From assembly GCA_964057225.1 (NCBI GenBank), contig OZ059894.1, positions 6,262,001 through 6,326,000 of the forward strand: a stretch of DNA of 64,000 bases. The letters run 5' to 3'. A program made the translations under genes and the position numbers. Positions 52,601 to 64,000 of this stretch are shown piece after piece. The notes under the pieces are model-generated. The model was not told the DNA's origin and made no database searches. It worked only from the letters and a program-made list of their open reading frames with translations. Every line of letters starts with the position of its first letter. Position 1 is the first letter of the stretch. Origin of the DNA: Auanema rhodensis (taxonomy: Eukaryota; Animalia; Nematoda).

Positions 52601-55600
52601 GATCCCATTCAATTCATATTTCGGAGTATGCTACAGCTCCACTTCAATCACTTCTAATAGAAGATGTTCTAATAACAAATCAAAAGCGTGGACATTCAGC
52701 AATATTTGTTAATAGTGGTTGGATAAGAAATTTGACGATTAATCGTTTAAAAGCTCATGGAAATTCAGTTCCATCATTAGTTATTTCATTGGATGTATCA
52801 ATATTATTTACTGATATTCTATATTATATTTTGTATTTCAGTGTAATGCTGCACCGTCTTTAACAACTATCAGAAATTCTGAATTTCTTGATAATTTAGA
52901 CACAGTTGTCCTTATGCAATTAGGAGAATGTGGTGGATTAAACTTTTTTAGAAACGTTTTTCGATCTAACAACCAAAATGAAAGAGGAGGTGCTTTACGT
53001 ATTGATGTGCAACCAGCTGAATCAGTTAGTTTAAATTCATCTACAGCTTTTTAAATCAAAGTTATTTAGAATTCCATACCCATAACAGTTGCGGGAAATA
53101 ATTTCTTCGAAAATAAAGGAGATTTCACCGCATTTTTGTCATCAGAAAACGCTGGAATTATTGGAAAATTTGAGAATAACTCATTAGAAGGTTGCTTATT
53201 CAATATATGATATGGGATTCTATTTGTTTTGACTACTTCAGATAATTCAAATTCTGTTGCCACAGTTGTTCTTACTTCACCTCATTACTCCATACATCGT
53301 AATAGATTCGCAAATCCACATTCTGCCTATGAGATTGAAGCTAGAGGAGATGGTAGTTGGATTGCAGATGGAAGTGATAACTGGTGGGGAACATCAGATG
53401 AAGAACAAGTAAAACCACGATTGAAAAGCTTTGAGGGTATTATAAATATTCCAAAGTTTATACAACAATATTTCTTAAGGTTCAATTAAAATTGATCCAA
53501 TACGTACTGGAGAATTTCATCCTGACATCGCCATTACTCATCCTGATGCAGAACTTCCTCTACTTACAACACAGTATGAAGCATGTGCTCATGTAAACTA
53601 TTGTTCTTATCGTGGTACATGTCTAGGTTTTACAATTCAAAATTATTCTTAAAGTCAGAAAACGTTTTTTTAGCTGGAATTTGTGTATGCCCTGTGGGTT
53701 ATATAGGATCAGATTGTTCAGTACTTGTTGGATGTAAGAATAATTGCTCTTCTAATGGTGTATGTGGACTTTTCAATGTTTGTGCTTGTAATGAAGGTTA
53801 GTTTTGAATAATTTCTTAAATTTAAAGTAAAAGTTTTCAGGATGGAAATCATCTGATTGTTCAGTTCCAATTTGTAAGACAAGTTGCGGTGGGCATGGAT
53901 TCTGCGTGAGTAAGGACATATGCCAATGTGATCCTGGCTGGACGGGTAAGTCGTTGAAAACAAACAATCTCTATCATCGTTTTACAAAAAAATAAAAATT
54001 GTGATAGTGTTGATTCCTATGAAGAATGGAATTGTGTTCATTACTCTGCTCTTTCAGGTGTTGATTGCTCGGAAGCTGCATGTTCCCCATCCACATGTAT
54101 ACATGGTCACTGCAACGAAAAAGAGGAATGTGCTTGTGATCAAGGTTATAAAGGAAAAATGTGTACACAACCTATATGTACTTCATGCTCTTTAAATGGA
54201 CGATGTATTGCTCCAGAAAGATGTGAATGTTATGAAGATTATGGAGGGAAAGTATGTCAACTTCATATATAACGATATACATGCTTTAATAATCTTTTAT
54301 TATAGGATTGTAGCAAATGTATTGGAACATATTGTAATCAATGTGATTTTGATTGTGATCATGGAATATGTGAATCCACAACACGGTATTGTGTTTCAAC
54401 ACAACTCTTCAATACAAATTTGGTTTTACAGAACATGCAGTTGCTCATCTGGTTGGAGTGGAGCAGCATGTGATGTGTGTTCATCATCCTGTGTTACCGA
54501 ACCACCAACTCTTGTATATATACAGCCATCTACTTCGTCAATTTTAGAATTATCAGAATCATTAATAACAGTTTTTGGAAAATATTTTCATAAGTAACAC
54601 ATATTCTTGAAAACATTGTTGTGAACAAAAGCATTTTACAGAACAACCAATAATGAATATACATGTGTTTTTGGTACACAAAAAACCAAAGGACTACGAA
54701 TATCATCCACCCTAATGAGGTTTGAGAACTAAAATTGTATGAATTATAACTAAAGTTTATTATTATAGATGTCCTATTCCAACTAATTTAACTGTTGGAA
54801 GACATTTATTTAATGTTGAATCATTAGGAGTTGTAGCTCAACCTATTGATAATCGTCCAGTAAGTTCAAATATTTCATACTCATCGAATTGCTTTTAAAC
54901 TTTGATTTCAGCTTCACTTCACGGTATATGATTCTTGTCGAGCAAGTCAATGTCATGGTACATGTTATGGACCACTGTGCCTCTGTCCACGCGGAAAAAC
55001 TGGAATGTTTTGTGATATTATAGGTGCAAATTAATTTTTTTGAAAATCCTATCTAACTTCAAAATTAATTTTAGAAGTTATGCCAGAAATAGATCAATTA
55101 TTCTTAACTAATCAAGTTGCTAATAAAGCTGTTGAAGGAGTTCCATATATAGTTTATTTACCATCTATGGTGAGAATTAATTTATAAGAAAAAAACAATA
55201 AATTCTTTATTATAGCCTGGTACGGTACTTCGAGTTAATTCAACAATACCTGATTTGAATTTTGATAGCTCACGTTCTCTCTTAGAATGGGCTGATCCTG
55301 TTGGTCAGAAGAATCCTTATACAATAACTGTTTTTGCCAATTCATTAGCAGGTTTCAATCATCGAAACTTTAAATATTTATAAATATAAGTATAATGTTA
55401 TAGGAGAAAGCCGTTTAGCATGGAATTTATCAATTGAACCATCATATAATCCATATATTGATAATATAACATCAGAAGGTAAAACAATGATAGTAAAAGG
55501 ACATATAGATAATGCTGTAAGATAAATTAATTTAATAAACATGAATTATATGAATTATTTTAAGAAATTGAGCGGAATGCCAGTTATAGTCAAATTACGC

Positions 55601-58600
55601 AATGGACGAAGTTATGAAGAAGAAATTGAAGTGAAAGCTGATGAAAATGGACAATTTTCTTATTCATTTATACCAAATGGAGTTGGAATATATGATATTG
55701 TAAACAAAATAATTTAAAGATTTTTTGATTATTTCATTTCAGTCAGTAAGACATCCTGGAAATAGCTCAGGCGATTCTAAAATTGAGAAAATAAACATTC
55801 AAAATGAAGAAGAATCAATACCAAGAGATCCATACAGTTATGGTGAATTAATTGGAATTCATGGTATTATATCATAATCAAACGATATATTTTGAAATAT
55901 TTTATTTTCAGATAAAAGCTGTAAGCTTAAGTTTTTAAAAGATTCTAAAAACTTTATAAGTGAAGCAGAAGTTGGTAATGGGAAAATAGTTAAAGTTGAA
56001 TTAAAAGATAACAGTGTTGATGAAGAAGTTGTTTTACTCAATTGTGATCATAATCAAAATGAGTTTTTTATGTAAGAATTCAACTTTTTTATTTTCAATA
56101 GAAAATTAATTTTTAGCATAAAAAAGAAAGAGCCTGTTCATGATCCTGAAATTGAGATTTCTCCTAATCAATTGATTATAAAACAGAATATATCTAATCC
56201 AAGATCTCATATAATTCAAGTAATAATTTTAAATTTAAATTTATTAAATTTATATTCTTTCTAGTTATCGATACGTACAAATGGTATTCAGTTATTAGGA
56301 CCAATTCAGATTACTTCATCAACAAATAGAATTGTTGTTCTTACAACAAATATTTCTCCAGATAAATTTTCTGATTATTCAAATGGAAAATCTGGTTAGA
56401 TATATACTATACAAATATAAATATATAATATATATTTATATAATTATTTCAGATCTTTTAATATCATTTCAAATGGATATTTCTACTGTTCATAATGGTA
56501 CAATATCAATTATTTCAAAAAGAAAGGTTATATTATAAATATTAATGTTATACTAAATAAGTTTTTTTATAATTTAGGAATTAAAATCATTATCTTATTC
56601 AATTGTACCGGAAAATTCTGATTTATTCAGAGGAGAGAATTTCAAAATGAGTATTTGCTTGTATGATGAGTTAAGATCCTTACGAAACAAACTTGATTCA
56701 ACTAATTCCTTGGCTTCTTTATCAATCACAAATCTTCAAACAAAAAAAGATTTAACGGAAAGTTCTAGTATAACTATAAATGGTAAAGACAATGTACTGA
56801 ATCTAATTTAATGTTCTAATATTTGCAGGAAATCAGGCCGAGTTTTGGATTCCAGAAGGTATGTATCAGATCACAGCTCAATCTGAAATGCATAGAAAAT
56901 TAGATGAATTCATTTGGGTAATATCAATTCTTAAAAAATTTTGAAATTAAAGAGTATATTTCAGCTTTCTCCACATAATTCTTCAATTTGCTTGGAACTT
57001 AAATCTCTATCACCATTAGTTCCAACTCAAACTGAAGATGGAAATTGGCATATAACAGAAATTAATAAACAAATAGTAGAATATCTTTATATTTCAAATT
57101 ATTTTTCATCAAAATTTGTTTAGAATTCATTTCCATATATCACATTCCAACCAAATTCTATCAATTCCACAGTAAAAGCCATTTTTGCTACCGTAAATGG
57201 TCTTGGTAATGGTATATTATCTCCAAGAATAGCAACAAATAAATTTTTGAAACTGGTAAGAAATACTTCTTCCAACTGTTAATTTTGGGAAAAAAAATAC
57301 TTGCAATGAATTCGAATTTCAGGTACCTCGTGTACGTTCTGTAGCTGTGAATGAATCATTTTGGATTCAATTGGAACATCAACAACGTAGAAATCCAAAT
57401 CCAGTAAAGTGTGATGCATATTTAATCGACGTGCCTTATGATTTTTTGCCTGAGGCATCTGATGGGATCATCAGATTGTCATCTCCATTACTAATTGAGT
57501 TTATATCTCATAAATCAAAAGAATCACTTCAGATATGCGACGGTAATAACAATTAATTTCCTTTATATATCTCTATATCTCATATAAAAATAATAAAAAA
57601 TAAGAAATAAGAAAGAAAATTTAATATTCTCCTTTCTTATTCAAATAATCAAAAATGAATTTTATTCTTATATTTATTATGAATTTTCAGAAGCTGGTAA
57701 TCATGTTATACCATCAGCTACAACTACTAATGTATTATGCGATTGTTCACAAGGTGCTAAAGCTAATTGTCGAGCTATTTATAGGTATAATTATTAAGTT
57801 TGAAATAATTCACTATGTTTAAAACTAAATCAGATCTCCTGCTTCATGTGGATCATCTTGGAATCGTATAGCTGATGATACTGTATCTCTTCAAGTTGTC
57901 TCAGCTTTCTTGCTTATGATCTCCGAATGCAATGATGTCAAATTGAATTTTACACAATTATATGATACCCTTCAGTATGTTATCGTTCATTGTTTTTGTA
58001 AATATCAAATATTCAAATGAGCTTTTAGATGTGTTTCAAGCTTAGAAAGTAAGTGTCCTTTATCAGCTCAACAACCTCAAAGAAGTAAACGACAACTTCC
58101 TGGTTCAGTGACTGATATGTTGATACTACAACATGATGTTACAAGATTTTTAAGACAGGTTATTATCCAGAAAATATTAAAGAAATTTCGATTGAAAGTT
58201 TTTCCAGATTTCTGGAGTATCTGAAAGTTTTATAAACCCATTAAGTGTATTCAACTCATTAGACTTACAATCAATACGAATTGCTTCTCTCTATCAGGAT
58301 TTCATACAAAGATTACAGGTAATTAACCCTTTAAAATTGAATTCTTCATTTAATATTTTTGCTTTTTAGGATGTTTTTCCTCCATTTATATTAAATTCAA
58401 GTCGTGAAACAATTGATTTACTTATAACAGCTATTGGAGATCAGTCAGAAGATGGAAATTACATATCTTCAGAAGAAGAATCTCTAGTTAATTGTGAGAC
58501 TTTTTTGAATTTTATTTGGAAACAAAATAAAAATATATTTGTTTATAGCTAATCGTTTAACTTCATTTTGGAATAATACTGTAAAAGACTGGAATTCCGG

Positions 58601-61600
58601 TAAATGGTCATCATCAGAGCACAATGGAATTTCATTTGCTTCAATGAAGCAACTTATAGCATCATCTGATCGTTTAAAATCTTTTACACGTCAGGTATGA
58701 TTCACCATTTGAAAACATAAAATTTTACTCGAAATCTTGTAGAATGGAGGTACAGATCCATATTCTGTATTACATGAATATTTAGGTCGATTACTGAAAA
58801 CAACAAGTAATCCTAATACGGTAATCAAATTTTTCCGAATGATTATTATATTTTCATTATATTTAGATTTGTGCCAAAGCTTCGGTTATGATTCAACCGG
58901 AAAATATTTTTGAAAATGACGTCATCACAATAGATGTTTTTGTTAAAAATGAACGGGTTAGATAACTATATAAATTATATATAATATGTATAGTTAAAAT
59001 ACTTTTTTACAGTCTATTCCATTAACACAAGTCTCAATATCCGTCGATATTGTACGAGATGATGCATTTTCACCTCAAGCAAAGCTGGTTGCTAATGGAA
59101 TATCCATGAATACTTTATCGGCTCAAGGTGTTTTAGCTCCAAATAGTACATTTGTAGCATCATGGACTAAACGAATTATATTTGCAAATCAGCTAACTTC
59201 GCCAGCTAAATATCAAGTGATTGTCGTCATTCTTTCTTTTTAAAATTTCTTTGTAATTTAGTTAATAATTGCTTTGTCTTTTACTATTCTTGGAAAAGAA
59301 TCAAAGCAACGTCTAGCTACACGTACACTTGAAGTACATCCAATCAGAAGCTTGAAGGTATATTTCATTAAAATATTCTTTTTAAATTTAAAAAATAATA
59401 AGTAAAATATATTTATAATTATACAAAATATATTATTTCAGTTAGTATATTTCTTATCTCCAACATTATCTTCATCAAATTTGCCATTTTCAGTTATGAC
59501 ATCAATTATGAATAATGGGTATTTATATAAAAATAGAATATTATAATTTTTTTTTGAAATATATATTTAGATATACGGATATGGATTCTGTTCGTGTTGA
59601 AGGAACGGATATTCAAGTTTCTAATAAAGATAATCATCCATTAGAATTTCATATAGAGGGAATGCAAATTAATGATGAAAAGAAAAGTATGTATAACAGT
59701 TATGAAAAGTTTGAATTTCAAGTTTTTAGTTCCTACAACTGCATATGATGTTGGTCCAATAGCTTCTGGAAGTTCAAAAACAGTTATAATGAATATAACT
59801 TCATCTGATTCACTTGTATTCATATATAGATAGTTCATATTAATTATAATTTTTCTAATTATTCAGGCCTACATAGCAAAAATTAAACACCAAATATCAG
59901 CTAATGGAAGAACAGTAGCTGCTGATGATAGTAGTATATATAAAGTACATGCAAAAGCTGGACAGAATGGTTTTTCTACTTTTACATCTTTGTTGCAAAC
60001 AAATTACTTCCAGGTATTCTTGTTTCACTAATGGAACAAGATCAACCTCTATTCTTCTTCCGACCAGAAACTGGAAATATTGTGAATATTATTCCATTAC
60101 AATTCCAAAAAGTATAAATCAACTGATCAATGATTAAATTTATTTTGAGACTCATTTCCTTTCAGAGCTCGATAGAGGAAGCAACAAATCCGACTCGTAC
60201 GATAGTTCAAGGAAATTACAAAAACACGTATGATTTGCTATGCTCATTAGCAATTCTGATTTCTATTGTTTTGTTTGTTTTTTAGTGAATCAAGATCTTT
60301 CTTTGGATATTTATATGGATCAGTACCATATCCTAAAGTTCCATCAAACTATGAGCTCATTCAAATCCGTGCACAAGGAGGAAATCGTTTAAGGGATGTA
60401 CATCCAATTACTTGGATTGACGGAGCTCAAGAAGTGATTTTTTCTATTTTTTTTTAATATTCTATTAATATACTTTAGGAGAAAAAATTGCACTTTATTG
60501 ATAGTGGATCACTAAGTCCAGGTTATGAGCAATCATATGATTTTGTTTTTGCGGATCCAGCTGTTCTTTCAGTTCCTAGATTTAGCCAAAATTCATATAG
60601 AATTCAAGTAAACAACAAAAATTAAGAATTATTAAAAATATTTTGAGCTTTAGCTTCATCGTGATGCATGGCCTGAAGTCGGAAATGATATAGGTCGAAT
60701 TACAGTTGAGAATGATAATCAAAATATGGAATACTCCTTATATTCTCCAGATGATTCAGCAACATTCAGTGTTAATCCCAAGTCAGGTAAAATATAAAAA
60801 TTGAATAAAATGGTATACAGTATAACCTATAGGCCACATTTTTCTGGACTCACCTGTTTTACCTGGATCAGAATTTTGCTTCATTCTCAAAGCAAAAAAT
60901 TCTAATGGTGAAGAAGCTGCTGTACCTATTTCTATCAACACTGGTATGAGAAACTTCTCAACTTTTCTAAATTATATTTTGATTTTAAGGCGGAACTAGA
61001 CGTGATTGTATAAGTTTCAATACGTATGGTCTTACTTCACATGTTCATCCCGAATTACCTCTTGTTGATTTCCCAACACCTTTTCCTGTTTTTCCAACTT
61101 CTGATTCATATGAATCAACAGAACTTCCATCATCTGAGCCTCCTCCAACTAATTTTCCTACGCCACCTACATTTTCTACAACAGATCCCTTTCCCTCACC
61201 CTCCGACTTATCAGTCACAACGGAAACATACACAAGCACGGAAGTTTTTCCTGAACCATCAATCTTTCCCACGAGTAATCTTTATGGAGACACTACCACG
61301 TATTTCCCTCAACCCTCTGTTCTACCCACCGGAGAAACTCTCGAAGATACAACAACATTCTTTCCCCAACCTTCTATTCTTCCAACATGGGAAATACATC
61401 CGGATACAACAACTGATTTGGTTTCAACAGCTCTTCCAACAAGTGAAAATAATCTGGAAACAACAACTGGATTTTCAAATCCATTAGGTCTATTAACATC
61501 AACATTGGGTAAGACATTACATACATTTTTAAACATCTTTTCCTGTTTTTCAGCAACCGATCGAACAACTGAAGAGATTACACATGAGCAGGAAACAACA

Positions 61601-62278
61601 ACACCAGATAAATCTGTGTACTCCACACATGAAACATTCCCAGATAGCACTTTAAGCCCAGTTATTACCACAGCTGCAACTACAACTAACTACGTTACTA
61701 CAACAATTGAAGATGAAGTATCTACACAGAATGCCTTTACTGTATCTTCCCTTTCATCTACACTCCCAACTACTGATGAATCTCAATTTACCAAAGAGCC
61801 TGTCTTAACTTCAACTCTTCAAACAGTGCCTACAGCATTAACACATTTCCCGCTTGATTTGACAACGCAATCAGATTTTCCTACACCTCCAACTGATTTA
61901 ACACCAGAATCAACTTCGAGCACCCGCTTCATATCCCTTATTCCGTGGATACACTTTTCAACCGGAAACCCATTAACTGTTTCTCCATCAACCACTGTTC
62001 CTACTTGGACTTCAACTGAACATACAACAGAAAATCCAATCGAGCTATCAACAGTGTCTGGTGCAGAGTACACACATCTCATCACACCCGATCCTACTCC
62101 AACTCTAATGACTGCTGAACCTGTTATAACGTCCACCGAAATACCAATAGCTCCCACAATGCCTCTAGCTACAGAGAATCCGTTCTATGCTAATGCTTGC
62201 TCAAAAACCTCATCATCAATCTATTCCATCATCTGTGAATTGAGCAAAGTTATAACAAATGGGACAAAGATATCTTGA
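46601..62278 (+). CDS. Very large secreted multidomain protein: signal peptide, furin site, right-handed beta-helix (pectin-lyase-like) repeats, tandem EGF-like repeats, IPT/TIG, Ig-like modules, cadherin-like repeat, Thr/Pro/Ser mucin stalk; dozens of short introns
   Basis: MSWLYLIIFLELLLP...; RRRRFKR; VLRIEEGSRLLFGDGAGLIVYGTLIVNG...WKGI and VIIEPGTKLLFAPGSGIIIE...WKGI (beta-helix lead-ins); DGSDNWWGT; EGF repeats (CVCPVGYIGSDCS, CQCDPGWTG, CSCSSGWSGAACD); PTLVYIQPS...YTCVFG...RCPIP (IPT); PRFSQNSYRIQL...FSVNPKSG (cadherin-like); mucin region about 61030-62180; TGA at 62276-62278. The architecture recalls C. elegans T01D3.1 (from memory, unverified). Confidence 0.85.
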
Positions 62279-62677
62279 ATATCTTAGTAGAATAAGATAT
62301 GAAGCTGAGATTAAAGTTAAATTTATCACAAATTCATTTCTTTCAATTGATTGTTGTTGTTTTATTTTTGAATATTGTTTGTAAACAAAACATTTAATTT
62401 ATTATTGAATAAAAATATTAAATATACAAAAATTTATTATATTATTATCAAAAAATATAATATTAATAGCTTCATATTATACCGTAAAATAATGAGATCA
62501 TTTGGTTTGAGAGATTCATACAATGAGATAGTAATAGAAGAGTGATTGAGAGAAAGAGAGACAGACAGACAGAGAGAGGAAAAAGATATAGATTTAGATA
62601 AGAAGTGACGACAAATACATTCAACGATAATATAAGGAGATCATTACTATAAATCTGTTCGAATCGTTTAGGCCATG

Positions 62678-64000
62678 TTAAAATTCTTTCATTTCTAGTA
62701 TTTCAACACCTGTTGTTCTATCTGAAGTAGTTGATGAGGTCCTACTTGGTGTCGGCGCTGAGCTATCTGTTTTTATTGGCTGAATAAGAAAAATATTCTT
62801 ATTCATCATCTTAATTTTAAAATATACCTGTGCATATTCATTTCCATATGTTCGAAAACGTACAGATTCCACTCGAGACCAATTATGACCTACTGTTGGA
62901 GAACGTGAACGATCAGAAGAAATCTGAAAGAAATAAAATAATTGAAATGAACATAAATATCAAATCATACAGGAGTTCGTTGACCTTCTTTCAAAAGCAT
63001 AGTATCTTCAGGAAACATAGTTGTAACATCTTCCTCTTTAATTTCATCTTCTTCACGATTAACTGATCTAGTGTTAGCTAAAAAATGTTTTGAATTCTTT
63101 AAGCTTCTGTTATAAATGTCTACCAAAACTGCGATTAAGCTGTGAATAGCTCTTGGAACGATTCCATTGCTTTCGGCTTCCACAACAAGCTAAACGTCGG
63201 AATTCTGTCATACGAAAATAGCACAATGGTTGGCAAACAGAATGAACACCAATTAAAACCTAATTAGCATAATTATATAGTTAATATTGATAATATTTGT
63301 TATATAATACCTGTAGCCACCATCGAATGAAAGTACTACTGTGAGTGATTTGTAAAAAGCCATTGATATGCAAAAATGAGACTATCTATAAAAAATATTT
63401 TATTTCCTTTTTCCGTTTTTAATATATTTTTAAATCTGTGCATAAGTTTTATTTAAATATTTCTTATTGTTTCGAAGAAAAATCCACGTTTTACGTGAAA
63501 TATATTTTTGAATTTTTGATCATCATTTCATTTTTGTTAGGATGATCAGTCGGTTGCATACATACGAATGAACTTTTTACATTATTTTTTTTAAATAATG
63601 AAGTTGATTTTTAATTCTTTCATTCTATTCTTCGGACTGGAAAAAACTCACTTGAATCCCTGAATAAGGACATAAGAATAGAAGATCAACCATAAGAACG
63701 GATCCAATAACGTAGATATATTTGTGCCGTTGAACAGCTTGTAATTTAAATTTTTTGCTTCTTAAATACACAAAATCATGACATTTAATGCATTTTTGCG
63801 GGAAAAAAATAATATCAAACCTGCTTCCATTTGCAGCGCCATTTGAGCAATTAGAGTTTGTTCCATTGATAGTTCGATGAACTCGATTACTTCCGTTGTT
63901 ATGTCTGTGGCTATCTTCAGTATTCATTGAACCATTTTCATCTTTGAATTTGCGAATTGTTCGTAGAATGAACCCGTAACAGATCTGAACATATATCAAT
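62678..64000 (-). CDS. Class A (rhodopsin-like) GPCR, TM5 to C-terminus; 5' part lies beyond the right edge
   Basis: TM5 IYVQICYGFILRTIRKF; Asn-rich ICL3; TM6 RHKYIYVIGSVLMVDLLFLCPYSGIQ; TM7 WWLQVLIGVHSVCQPLCY (variant NPxxY); helix 8 FRMTEFRRLACC; Ser/Thr-rich tail ending GVEILEMKEF*. Confidence 0.85.

Noticed and set aside
61026-62157. Several overlapping and antisense ORFs
   Set aside because: Shadows of the Thr/Pro/Ser mucin exons of the giant gene.

Overview
Eukaryotic genomic DNA, almost certainly a rhabditid (clade V) nematode. It is AT-rich, has many 40-50 nt GT-AG introns and TTTCAG/TTTAG acceptors just before start codons, and its proteins resemble C. elegans orthologues as I recall them. 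The supplied ORF track is mostly exon fragments or noise, so genes were reassembled by hand across introns. Gene order: sut-2/ZC3H14 (-, runs off the left edge); sos-1 (+); an intact, diverged duplicate of the last seven sos-1 exons (+); a 46-aa secreted peptide gene (+); unc-23/BAG2 (-); GH13 alpha-amylase (-); a GT7 beta-1,4-glycosyltransferase (-); BROX (-); ccz-1 (+); about 11.8 kb of non-coding DNA; a very large secreted beta-helix/EGF/IPT/cadherin-like/mucin protein (+); and the 3' half of a class A GPCR (-, runs off the right edge). The standout observation is the duplicated SOS tail at 13604-15572. It keeps all six internal intron positions and phases and an open 283-codon frame. It could be a switchable alternative C-terminus of SOS-1, or, via an in-frame first exon at 10814-10852 downstream of a GC box, a stand-alone catalytically dead SEM-5/Grb2-binding protein. 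The two 3' UTRs share a 163-nt, probably structured element with 1 mismatch, although the coding exons are clearly diverged. No prokaryotic features, CRISPR arrays, rRNA, tRNA or recognisable transposases were found.
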